A stretch of DNA of 64,000 bases, taken from Porphyridium purpureum. Lineage: Eukaryota. The stretch lies in contig VRMN01000002.1 in assembly GCA_008690995.1 (NCBI GenBank), positions 1,798,001-1,862,000 of the forward strand, in the 5' to 3' direction. This document shows, one piece after another, positions 8,363 through 18,215 of the stretch; the stretch's first letter is position 1, and each line of letters opens with the position of its first letter. A model generated the notes under the pieces. It was not told where the DNA came from. It saw only the letters and a list, made by a program, of their open reading frames with translations, and ran no database searches. The position numbers were made by a program, and so were the translations under genes.

Positions 8363-11362
8363 ATGGGGCCGAATATTCCCGGCGGTGAGGAGGACGAGGG
8401 GATGGGTTTGGGGTCTGTGCGGATCGCGGACTCGCAGTCGGTTTGGAATCTGAGGATGGAGGGGCAGGTGCGCGGGCTGCCGCCCCGCGAGGCGCAGCTG
8501 CATAAGTACAAGGTGTGTCCGCTGGACGCCACCACGCATTACGCGCCGGAAGTCGAGTACGAGCATATGAGTAATATGGAGCTGGCGAAGAGTAAGCTCA
8601 TCTTCACCCAGGAGTTTGGCGAGCTGAGCTTCAACCAGCGCGTGCTGGCCGCCGCGCTCGATCAGGACACGCCGCTGCTCGAGCGGTTCAAGTTCTGCTG
8701 CATCGTGTCTTCCAATCTCGATGAGCACTTTGCCAAGCGATTGGGGAATATTCCAAAGGTGCAGGCCGACGAGGACGACGCGCCGGACACGTCCAAAATG
8801 AAGGCGTCCATTCGGCCGCGGACCGAGTTTGAGGAAAAGTTTAGCGAGGCGGTGACAAGCATTGTGAACATTCAGTACAAGTGCCTCATGCGTGATATTC
8901 TCCCCAAGTTGCAGGAACACGGCGTAAAAATTCTGCGGTACCGCGACTTGGACGACACGCAAAAGGCCGACATGGACGAATACTTTCGCAAGAAACTGTA
9001 CCCTATGATCACGCCCTTATCCGTGGACCAGACGCACCCTTTCCCAATGATCCAGTCGCACGGGATTTACCTCGTGATTGTCGTGCTGAATCCAGAAACG
9101 TCGCGCACGCGCAGGCTCTACTTCCGCATTCCGAATGTGAAACCGCGCGTGCTGCCAGTCGGATCTGATCGGCTGTGCTACCTGCCCATCGAGGAAATCT
9201 GCATCGCCAATGTGGACAAGATCTGCGAAGGCATGGAGCTGCTCAAGGCGTATCCGTTCCGCGTGACGCGTAACGTGAAGCTCGTTATTGACGACACCTT
9301 GTTTGGAGAGTCTGACAATCTGCTGGACTTTGTATGGGAAGAGGTCCACCGACGACGTTCGGCTCCGGCGACGCGCTTGGAAATCACTAAGCAGATGCCT
9401 GCCGACATTCGCAGCCTGCTTGTGCGCGAGCTCTACCTGGATGATACGGACGTGTACACAATCCCAAACAATTTGCTGGGCCTGGCCGACTTTTTCCCGG
9501 TTTCCTTTTCGCCTGTTGCGGAATTGCAGTACCCGCCGCACGTGCCCATGGTGCCGAAGCGTTTGGTCGGGCTCGAGGAGCGTCTGCATGAAGATCCGGG
9601 CAAGATTTTCTCCGTAATCCGCAAAGAAGACCTTCTGGTGGACTATCCGACCATGTCTTTTAACGAGTCGTCGTTGCTCTTTCTGCGCGCTGCCGCGCGC
9701 TGCCCCAAGGTGCGCATGATCAAGTGTGTTCTGTACCGTGGTGGCTCGGACTCACCGCTGGTGGCCAGTCTCATCCGCGCCGCGAAGAACGGAAAGGAGG
9801 TCAGCGTTCTGGTAGAGCTCAAGGCTTCCTTTGACGAGGTGCAGAATTCGACTTATGCCAAGCAGCTCATGGACGCCGGCTGCAATGTATCGTACGGTCT
9901 GGTGGGGCTCAAGACGCATTCAAAAATCATGCTCATCGTGCGCCAGGAGGAGAATGGCTTTCGGCAGTACTGCCAGATCGCCACGGGTAACTTCAATCCG
10001 TCCACGGCGAAAATTTATACCGACTTGGCACTGTTCACGTGTCGCGAGGACATTTGCGCGGATGTGCTTGACCTCTTCAACGCTTTGACGGGATTCAGCC
10101 GCAAGCGGCAGTATCGCCGCCTCCTGGTCGCGCCGGTGAACATGCTCGACTCTTTCATTGAATTGATCGATAACGAAGCCGAGAATGCCCGCAAGGGGCT
10201 ACCCGCGCGGATCATTCTGCAGATCAATGGGCTCACTGAAACTGAGTGCGTGTCACACCTTTATGCAGCCTCGCAGGCTGGCGTGCAGATCGATTTGATC
10301 TGCCGTGGGCTGTGCGCGATTCGACCGGGCCTACCGGGCAAATCGGACAACATTCGGGTCTTTTCGTGGATCGGGCGCTTCCTGCAGCACCGGCGAATCT
10401 TTTACTTTTTAAATGGCGGTCGCGAGAAGTATTTCATCGGGTCGGCTGATTGGCGCAACCGCAACCTTACGGCGCGCGTGGAAGTTATCACGCCCATCGA
10501 TGACGCCAAGATTCAGCGGAAGCTCATGAAGATGATGACGTTCTTTTTGGAGGATGAGTTGAACACGTGGGAAATGGCCAGTGATGGCAAGTATTACCTA
10601 CGCAAGCCCGAGACGATCGACCGCGAATCCGAGGCTTCTTTGATCGGCAAGGCGGGCACCTTGACGGCGCAGGTTCTGATGATCGACAAGGACGAGCAAA
10701 TCGCCAAGTCAGAGGATGTTGCGAACCCGGTTCGAAACACGGGCTGGACCAAGGAATGGACGGTGCAAATCAAGGGTGTGGACATATTTGTTTCGGATAT
10801 CGCTTACGGATGCGTGCCGATTCGCTTTGTAGATGAGCACAAGGTTGACCCAGAGCTTTTGCTTGTTTCGAGCAGCAAGGGAAGCGAGGACTGGTCCTTC
10901 ATGTCAGCGGATGGGAAGGAAAGCGAGACACCCGTAGACGTTTCAAAGCGATGCGCAGCGCAGCGCGGCGGCGTCAAGGGAGGAATCATCGGCAACCTGG
11001 GCTGGTTTCTCAGGGGCAAGGACAGCAAGAAGGCGGTGCAACTGTTTGTGATGGATGCCGAGTCAGAACTCGATATCGAGTGGCCAGAGCAATACGTTCG
11101 TGACCGAAAATGGATCCACCTCAGTGACGCGCAAGTCATGGACGAGCTCTCGTCTGACCCGCTGGTCGAGAGCGTGCTTTCAGCGCTTGACGATTGGGTG
11201 AAGTCGCATGCGAATGCGACGAGTCAGAACGGCGCGGTACCCGTCCCACTAATGGAAGAAGCTGCCCCACCAGTGGAAGAACCCATCGCACCAATGGAAG
11301 AACCCATCGCACCAACGGAAGAACCCATCGCACCAATGGAAGAACCCGTCGCGGAGGAGTAA
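8363..11362 (+). CDS. ppk1: Polyphosphate kinase 1 fused to a C-terminal DIPP-like Nudix domain
   Basis: PPK1 motifs ELSFNQRVL, SSNLDE, HPFP, FRVTRN, GLKTHSK (phospho-His), TGNFNPSTAKIYTD, GRFLQHRRI, GSADWRNRNL. Nudix-like tail YGCVPIR...LLLVSS...WPEQYVRDRKW. First ATG at 8363; the true start could be 8402 or 8456. Confidence 0.95.
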   Translation: MGPNIPGGEEDEGMGLGSVRIADSQSVWNLRMEGQVRGLPPREAQLHKYKVCPLDATTHYAPEVEYEHMSNMELAKSKLIFTQEFGELSFNQRVLAAALDQDTPLLERFKFCCIVSSNLDEHFAKRLGNIPKVQADEDDAPDTSKMKASIRPRTEFEEKFSEAVTSIVNIQYKCLMRDILPKLQEHGVKILRYRDLDDTQKADMDEYFRKKLYPMITPLSVDQTHPFPMIQSHGIYLVIVVLNPETSRTRRLYFRIPNVKPRVLPVGSDRLCYLPIEEICIANVDKICEGMELLKAYPFRVTRNVKLVIDDTLFGESDNLLDFVWEEVHRRRSAPATRLEITKQMPADIRSLLVRELYLDDTDVYTIPNNLLGLADFFPVSFSPVAELQYPPHVPMVPKRLVGLEERLHEDPGKIFSVIRKEDLLVDYPTMSFNESSLLFLRAAARCPKVRMIKCVLYRGGSDSPLVASLIRAAKNGKEVSVLVELKASFDEVQNSTYAKQLMDAGCNVSYGLVGLKTHSKIMLIVRQEENGFRQYCQIATGNFNPSTAKIYTDLALFTCREDICADVLDLFNALTGFSRKRQYRRLLVAPVNMLDSFIELIDNEAENARKGLPARIILQINGLTETECVSHLYAASQAGVQIDLICRGLCAIRPGLPGKSDNIRVFSWIGRFLQHRRIFYFLNGGREKYFIGSADWRNRNLTARVEVITPIDDAKIQRKLMKMMTFFLEDELNTWEMASDGKYYLRKPETIDRESEASLIGKAGTLTAQVLMIDKDEQIAKSEDVANPVRNTGWTKEWTVQIKGVDIFVSDIAYGCVPIRFVDEHKVDPELLLVSSSKGSEDWSFMSADGKESETPVDVSKRCAAQRGGVKGGIIGNLGWFLRGKDSKKAVQLFVMDAESELDIEWPEQYVRDRKWIHLSDAQVMDELSSDPLVESVLSALDDWVKSHANATSQNGAVPVPLMEEAAPPVEEPIAPMEEPIAPTEEPIAPMEEPVAEE
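11252..11359 (+). repeat. 21-bp coding tandem repeat (about 5 units of xEEPIAP) at the PPK1 C-terminus
   Basis: MEEAAPP-VEEPIAP-MEEPIAP-TEEPIAP-MEEPVAEE; DNA core gaagaacccatcgcacca recurs every 21 bp. Confidence 0.9.
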
Positions 11363-11430
11363 AGCATCCCGCGTTTTGTATTATTGTTGATTAGTTGTGG
11401 TTCGGATTTGCATGAAGGGCATCCCGGCTT

Positions 11431-12972
11431 TCAGAAAATTCGATGCCAGATGTCGTTAGCCATAATGGATACCGCAACAGCAATCATAAAGGCCAGCGTG
11501 AATTCCCCGCCCGGCACAAGCTCGGGCATCGTTCCTGGGTTACCGACCAAGCTAAGCGAGGCTTCTTCTGCCTCTTCTCGTTTGCGCTGGCGGCGCAGCT
11601 TGCCAACCATGGTCGCAGGTATGATACCAAACAAGACGGTCATTCCAAATGTTCCGGTAAGGTCAATGGCAGAGAAGAACAGATTGGGCGATGTGATTGC
11701 AAAGCCCATCGCGGGAAGCAGTACGGAAAACTGAACCGGCCGAGAAGACAACGCGCTGCGTATCGTTTCGTTTGCGACATTGTTTGATATGTCCTCCAAA
11801 AACTCCGCGATCCCGAATACAAAGCCGATAAAAGAGGTCACTATCGCGATCTCACTAAAAACGGACACCGCTATCCCAACCTGGTCGCCGCTTTTTCGTA
11901 GCAGGGCGAGAGGGTCCAATGTCTCGCCGGAGACCAGGAACTGACTCAAGAAATCTGGAGAGACTGTGCCCAAAATGACTGCATTCCAGACAATAAACAT
12001 GCTCAGGGGCAAAAGCGTACCAAGCACGATCGCGTATCGGACCTTGACCACGTCTCCTTTTAGCTGCGCGCAGATGACCGGTACAATTTGGTGATATACC
12101 AGTGCCACAAGAATCGTGGGCAGTGCTGGGATAACCGCGGCCCAGTTTGTCCCGGCCAAGTAATCCGGATGCACGCCCGGAGACACCAGCGAAACGAGCG
12201 CGATGAACGTCGCCACCAAAACTCCGACGAGGATATTGTTTGTGCTCTCGACTAAGTCTTGATTTGCCACGTATAGGAAACCACCAACGCCAAGCGTGAA
12301 TGCACTTGCGCCTTGCCAGTACGGCGCATGCACGCCCTCTGCCAAGATGCCTCCAGCCTGAGCAATGTACGCGATAAGCAACGCTAACATGATGAACAGG
12401 TAAAACGCGGAGGATATTTTACCACCAATGGAACCCAGAAACAGATCTGTCATGGATAACATGGACACAGATGGCCTCTCGTACTTGCGCATGGTATACA
12501 GGGAAGCCTCCGCGACGAGCAACGCAGCACATGTCATATACATCCAACCTCCAATTAGAGCCGCCGTACTGGGTACAAACCCGGCTCTCCAAGTCACGCT
12601 TGGAAGCGCCAAAACTCCAGCGCCTATCATCGTGCCAGCCACTAGCGAAATCGCCGCAACCAGAGAGGGCTCTGCTTCGGCCTCATCCACCGCAGGTTCA
12701 TCACCTTCAGCGAGGGGCTCACCGTTTTCCGCTGAAACCTTTTCCAGTATCCGCTCCTCCTTCTTATCTTCAATACGCCCACTATTCTTGGGAGCTGCCT
12801 GCCGGACCAGCAGCGACGAGGAGCGTTGTCTCGTACGACGCACTGGGAGCGTGGAAGCCGATTCCACTCCGCGTGGTCGACCACGATACCAACATGTGGC
12901 TCGGTTTGTCAGCCGCCAGGACAGACCGTCAATCAGGCACGTCGGGGCTGTATCCACAATCTGAAACGCCAT
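11431..12972 (-). CDS. tyrP: Tyrosine/tryptophan permease family transporter (TyrP-like), likely plastid-targeted
   Basis: ISLVAGTMIGAGVLALP, AGFVPS, YHQIVPVIC, AIVTSFIG; many TM segments; MAF start (ATG 12972). Confidence 0.88.
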   Translation of the reverse strand: MAFQIVDTAPTCLIDGLSWRLTNRATCWYRGRPRGVESASTLPVRRTRQRSSSLLVRQAAPKNSGRIEDKKEERILEKVSAENGEPLAEGDEPAVDEAEAEPSLVAAISLVAGTMIGAGVLALPSVTWRAGFVPSTAALIGGWMYMTCAALLVAEASLYTMRKYERPSVSMLSMTDLFLGSIGGKISSAFYLFIMLALLIAYIAQAGGILAEGVHAPYWQGASAFTLGVGGFLYVANQDLVESTNNILVGVLVATFIALVSLVSPGVHPDYLAGTNWAAVIPALPTILVALVYHQIVPVICAQLKGDVVKVRYAIVLGTLLPLSMFIVWNAVILGTVSPDFLSQFLVSGETLDPLALLRKSGDQVGIAVSVFSEIAIVTSFIGFVFGIAEFLEDISNNVANETIRSALSSRPVQFSVLLPAMGFAITSPNLFFSAIDLTGTFGMTVLFGIIPATMVGKLRRQRKREEAEEASLSLVGNPGTMPELVPGGEFTLAFMIAVAVSIMANDIWHRIF

Positions 12973-13152
12973 GTCGTCACGGACAAGATAAGGGCTTGAC
13001 GCACCATTCGTCTTCGACGTTGCTTGCCGCCGCGCGCCTTCCACCTTCCCAAGTGCGGCTGTCCCCCCCTGTTTGTCGCGCAATCTCGTGCACAGAACAA
13101 TTTCGAATTTTTAACTGTACTTCTTCGTTCGCCTACTTTTTGGAGCAGGACG

Positions 13153-14238
13153 TCAGAGCTGATGGCGTGCGTCATCCACTTGGAGAATCAGCCTACCACC
13201 GTGGCGCTCCAAGGCGCTCTCTGCCTGCGTTGGTGACCGGTGGATGACGGCGTGTGGCCACTGCCCAGAGTCATTCTTCCAGCGAACGCCTTTCAGGAAC
13301 AGAGCTTCGCGTGGAGCAGCGGCAGCAAAAGCCACGGCTGCATTGGCTTGACTGCTGCTCTGAGCCTCTATAGTGGGTTCCGCACATTGGATGCGCTTTA
13401 CGGATCCAGTTGGGCTTGACGAATGGAATAGCTCCGACAAAAGGGCGTCATAGGCATCGGCTGCAGGGGAGGGTTGATTTCGATACGACAGAAATGCGTC
13501 GCGGTTCACAAATTGCTCGTTCGCCACTACCGTGCCAGCACCAACGAGTGTTGCAATGGTTCGCAAACGCACATTGTCAACATGGAAACGCGGGCACTGG
13601 ACACGATCAATGCGCGCTAGACGCACCACATATCCTTTTCTCGTGGGCTGTGGCAAAACTCCCAACCTTTGCGATGTTTCTCCCGACGCGGCGTGCAGGT
13701 CTAGCAGTCGTTGCGCCGCGAGTGCGCTGAGGTGGACTATGTTGTCATCCACTGAGCCCGTTGCATCTGCTAGCTTGTGCTTCAAAAAGTGTAGCGAATT
13801 TTCCCCTGCAGGCACATCAAAACACACGTCAAATTCCGGTCCCGGCTTGGCCATGAATGATTCCCACGCGCGCCCAGCCGCTTCCAAGCAAGGATCACGT
13901 GTCAAGCGCACCGCATTGTATCGCTCATCCAGCAAAGAGGTTTTCGCCTGGACGAGGTCGGAGCATACAGCACAGCCAGCGCTTTCAACTGTCGCGGACG
14001 CATCCGAACGCAACGTCGCGCTGATGCGTGTCGCTTCGTGTTTGGCGCTCTGCAGAATCCCGCGGTGCGTTTCTCGACGTACAGTCTGATCCGCCCGCAC
14101 TACTTTTCGTCTCGCCAATGTCCTCTGAGCGCCAGCGGACACCGAGTCGTTGCGCGACGTGCTCGCGACGCCCGCAACGCAGAACGCACCAACATTCACG
14201 GACGTGCCGAATTGCAAGCAAAAGCCCATTTCCGTCAT
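13153..14238 (-). CDS. DUF1826 family protein, probable organellar transit peptide
   Basis: CPRFHVDNVRLRTIATLVGAGT, LFLKG, VIHRSP, RLILQVD; start uncertain (14238 or 14229). Confidence 0.8.
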   Translation of the reverse strand: MTEMGFCLQFGTSVNVGAFCVAGVASTSRNDSVSAGAQRTLARRKVVRADQTVRRETHRGILQSAKHEATRISATLRSDASATVESAGCAVCSDLVQAKTSLLDERYNAVRLTRDPCLEAAGRAWESFMAKPGPEFDVCFDVPAGENSLHFLKHKLADATGSVDDNIVHLSALAAQRLLDLHAASGETSQRLGVLPQPTRKGYVVRLARIDRVQCPRFHVDNVRLRTIATLVGAGTVVANEQFVNRDAFLSYRNQPSPAADAYDALLSELFHSSSPTGSVKRIQCAEPTIEAQSSSQANAAVAFAAAAPREALFLKGVRWKNDSGQWPHAVIHRSPTQAESALERHGGRLILQVDDARHQL

Positions 14239-14673
14239 GCCGTGCACGTGAAGTGGACTGAATACCCCGACCAGAACCAGGCAGTTCCTCGCCTGGTGCC
14301 CAGCACGCTTGGTACAAGTAAGCCTGCCTCTCACACTAGCACGGTGAGCTTTGGAGCCTTCGGGCACAACGCTGTTGCTGACCCGGTCGAAATTCTCGCG
14401 GTATTCGAAGTAGGTGTTTAACGTGGAGACATCACAAGGAAAGGACAAGGGCTGTGGACGATCAGTCAATGCGTTCTGGCGCTATGAGCCATGCATTTTT
14501 GTTTCTGTCTGAGTCGTGCGTTGGGCTCTGTCATGGGTCTGACCATGCCAAATAGGGGGGGCTGCAGGCCCTGGCAACATAGACCACAGGAGCAGCACGC
14601 TAGCTGGTTTTCTATGCTCGAAGCGAAACCTTTTACCTCAATAAATGCGCCAGCAAACAATACCAAGGGTTTA

Positions 14674-17487
14674 TCACGGAGCTATGCAAGATGCGATGAC
14701 GCTCGACACGGCCTCACTTTCTGACCGGATCAGCAATTGGAGATCCACGCCGCCTTCCGGAACAAGCTGGAACTGAGCTCGCACTAAGGCCTGCTGATTG
14801 GGGACCATGAGTCCTGTCAAGAGAAGCACGTGCTGTTTTGCGCGTTCATTCACACGATCGGTTCCCTCGCACGGCGTCATAGCCAAGAACGAGCTCACTG
14901 CTGCCACTGCTTCGGCAACCGTCTTGTAGTCAGAAAGCGCAAGGTCGTCTTGTACCTCGAACTCGTCCCCAAGCTGTTCCCACGCATTCTTGAAGTTGCT
15001 CGGCAGCTCTCCCGGCGCCGCCATCAAGTCACCGATTGTTATTGCTAGATCATCCACCGCATATTCGTCCTCGTAATCATCATCTGCCGAGAACTCGCCC
15101 GTGTTCGGGTCGGTTTCCATGGGTACATACTTCATGGCACACGTCATGGCGCCATTCATGAACACCTCCCCAGGTGCTTCACAGAACAACACCGTGAAGC
15201 AAGATTCTGGGGTGCCGTACCGCACAATGGGAGCCGAGACATACGCCACCTTGGCAACACCTTCGACGTCTGCAATATCTACCTCCACGCGCACATTGGC
15301 CAGTGAGACCGTGTTCATCGTGTTGACGATTGAAAACTCAAGAATGACTGCTTCGGTGTAGACGTGCTTCACGCAGCGCACCTCGTACTCTGTGTCCTCC
15401 TCAGTTAAATCGATAGGAGGCAAGCAGCTCTTGAATGGCCGGTTCACAAATCCAAGTGCCGCGATTTCCGCCGAGGCGCAAACCTTTGCCGCCGGATCAG
15501 CCGACGATGCCACGCCTCCAGTACCATCACCTGCCCCCGTGTTATCGTCATACGCAGAATGGTCGGCATCCATGGCATCTTCTGCTGCACCTCCGCCATA
15601 CCCTGCGGCAGATTTGCCACCGCCGCTGCCCGCGGTCTTGTACGAGTGCCCCGGTAGTGCTGCCTTGGACACTGCGTTTAAATCAAAAGGCGAGGCGGCG
15701 GTGCCCGCCACCTGCGAGTTGACGTACCTGATCAAGTCTGCCTCGAGATTCTGCACCGGGCAAGGTAGCTTGAACAAAAGATCATACGGCACTGCTGGCT
15801 TCATAGGCGTTTCGCTCACAGGCACCTTGTTCTGCACGGCGCTCATCACATCGTCCAAACCGAGTGCTTTGACGTAGAATGCTGCGCGGTCGCGCACTTC
15901 ATCGTCATTATCCACCAAACTTTGCTGAAGGAGCACCACAACCGAGCGACGCAGCGTTGGGCTGGTGTCAGTCATTGCGAACGAGCAAAGCGCGCTGACC
16001 GCCGCCGCGCGAACCATGGCGTTCTCCAAGATAATGCGATTGAAAATATAACGCACATATTTTCCCGGGTACGGCATCGTCGGTCCGAGCTCGCCCAGCA
16101 GGTACAGCACGCGAGCGCTCAAAGAGGTGTGCTCGCAGTCCTCGATAAACTCACACAGATGACTAAGTGCAATCTCTTTCGATTCCGGAATGCGCGAAAG
16201 AATCGACACATAAGTATTCACGATCGTCTTCTTAAACGCAAAGCCACCTTCCTCGCGCAATGTGCTGCCCAAGAAGTTTAGCAGTGCGTACAGCTTGGAC
16301 GGGAACTTTAGGCAGAGCTGGTGAATGGCGTCCACGACCTTTGTCTTGAACTCGTCGCCAAGCTCCGGCAAAAAGGTCTGGATTTGCTTGAGCAATCGCT
16401 CGATCGAGCTTTCCGATCCCGTGCGCAAGAGCACGGTGATGGCGAGCGTTGCAATCGAACGGTTGGAATCCTGCAACAGCTGCTCCATGTCACCATTCAC
16501 AGGCGCAAGCGCTGCCGGGTGCGTCGCGGCAATGCGATTCAGCAGCCGCATCGCCGAAAAGCGCAGCGTTACCTTCTCCTGTACTAAGAAAAGCTGCATG
16601 ACATTGACCACCGGCTGCAGCTCTATGGAGTTGACTTCGGGAAGTGCCACAATCTGCCTGGCCGCCTCATGCACAACCATATCGCTGCGGTGCCTGAGGC
16701 AAGCCTCGAGAAAGTCAAACAATGCACGAGGCTGGCCTGGCGTGACCGGCACATCACCGCACGCCTTGCCTACCAAACGGAGTAGCATGACGGTGGCCAA
16801 CGGTGTACGCTGGCCGCTGCGCACGAGCTGCTGGATCATTTTGGTCACGGAAAGCTTATCATTTTGCCGAATCATATACATGAGGCATAGGGCGTGATAC
16901 TGCACCATCTTGTTCGGGTGTTCCATGGCCTGCGCAATTTCGTTGACCCAGCGACGAAGCACTTCTCCCTTATTGTCCCTGAGCAAGTACTGCCCAGACG
17001 TGAGTGCGGCCGACGCGACGTAAGGGTTTTTGTCCACAATCTCCTGATTCAGAAAACGCTCGATGGCTTGGATGCTCTGCCCGTCTGTGATGCGACACAG
17101 GACGCGCGTGGCATTGGCGCGCAGCATATCCTCCTTGTTATTGATGTCCTTCATCAGACAGTTTGTCACAATAAACACGCTTTCTTCCGCGGCCGCGGCA
17201 AGCTCCTTGATGGCCAGATACACCAGCCGCCGGAGCGAATGGTCCTGGCTCTGAAACAGCTTGGTGACTCCGAAAAAAACCGTGCCTCCTTCATCGATCG
17301 TCAGCTTCTCTCCCTGCATCACAAGGTATAGCAGGCGGGTCAGTGCTTCTTCGCACTTGGCCGTGTTCAACTTTTGATCATTGAAGACGCGGCATTCCTG
17401 CAGCACCTGTCCCTTCTGAATGCCTTCAAACGGAGACACGTACGTGTAGCCCCACGTATCTTCATCCTTGTACTTCACATCCCCCAT
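14674..17487 (-). CDS. COPG: Coatomer subunit gamma
   Basis: VLQECRVFN, FFGVTKLFQS, LCEFIEDCE, YVRYIFNRIILEN, DEVRDRA, LTEEDTEYEV; 937 aa. Confidence 0.97.
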   Translation of the reverse strand: MGDVKYKDEDTWGYTYVSPFEGIQKGQVLQECRVFNDQKLNTAKCEEALTRLLYLVMQGEKLTIDEGGTVFFGVTKLFQSQDHSLRRLVYLAIKELAAAAEESVFIVTNCLMKDINNKEDMLRANATRVLCRITDGQSIQAIERFLNQEIVDKNPYVASAALTSGQYLLRDNKGEVLRRWVNEIAQAMEHPNKMVQYHALCLMYMIRQNDKLSVTKMIQQLVRSGQRTPLATVMLLRLVGKACGDVPVTPGQPRALFDFLEACLRHRSDMVVHEAARQIVALPEVNSIELQPVVNVMQLFLVQEKVTLRFSAMRLLNRIAATHPAALAPVNGDMEQLLQDSNRSIATLAITVLLRTGSESSIERLLKQIQTFLPELGDEFKTKVVDAIHQLCLKFPSKLYALLNFLGSTLREEGGFAFKKTIVNTYVSILSRIPESKEIALSHLCEFIEDCEHTSLSARVLYLLGELGPTMPYPGKYVRYIFNRIILENAMVRAAAVSALCSFAMTDTSPTLRRSVVVLLQQSLVDNDDEVRDRAAFYVKALGLDDVMSAVQNKVPVSETPMKPAVPYDLLFKLPCPVQNLEADLIRYVNSQVAGTAASPFDLNAVSKAALPGHSYKTAGSGGGKSAAGYGGGAAEDAMDADHSAYDDNTGAGDGTGGVASSADPAAKVCASAEIAALGFVNRPFKSCLPPIDLTEEDTEYEVRCVKHVYTEAVILEFSIVNTMNTVSLANVRVEVDIADVEGVAKVAYVSAPIVRYGTPESCFTVLFCEAPGEVFMNGAMTCAMKYVPMETDPNTGEFSADDDYEDEYAVDDLAITIGDLMAAPGELPSNFKNAWEQLGDEFEVQDDLALSDYKTVAEAVAAVSSFLAMTPCEGTDRVNERAKQHVLLLTGLMVPNQQALVRAQFQLVPEGGVDLQLLIRSESEAVSSVIASCIAP

Positions 17488-18215
17488 GCTGACGGCCTCG
17501 AAACCCTACACACTTGCCGATCCAACGGGATCGGTCCCCTGATGTAATGTCGGTCACCCTGCTTGTTCGCGATACGCAACAGTTGTATGCTCTTGAGGAG
17601 CGATCTCAACACACCCACGCGGCGTCCAAACAGGAAGATCCGCAGCACACCAAATCACGCAACCTCCCCGAACCCAACTGCAACCCGCAGCCAGTGCGCG
17701 CCTCCCTGTGGTCGCCCCTTCGCGCGCCCCTCCAACCCAACCACCACGCCCTTCCTTTCTCCTTCTCCCCCTTCCCGCCCTTCTTCATCCCCTTTCACTT
17801 TCACAAAGACACGCGTTTCATCCATTGCCACTGTTTTGCCACGAAGCGTCTCTGCTCTACTACAACACCACGGTTTCTATGATGAACCATCTTTCATGCT
17901 AAATTTATGATAAGCACTGAACTTTTAAGTACACGCAATTCTTAAAAAAGACTTTAAAAAATATTTCTCTCTATAAACGCCATGGTTTTATTATGTTTTG
18001 TTCATAGACAACTTTCTGTTCTTGGTTTTTAATGAGTACAGGCGGCGCGTTGTGGCGACTCAGGAAGCAGGAGGAGAGGCTGAGAAAGGGGAAGGAACAA
18101 AGGCGATTCACACCGAGCGCGAGGTTTTGTCTCGGCAAGCGGCGCCGGAAACGCGGAAACAGAATCGTCGCGAGGATAGCGTCTTGCGGCGCGCCCCTGT
18201 TTTTGATCGTCTAGC

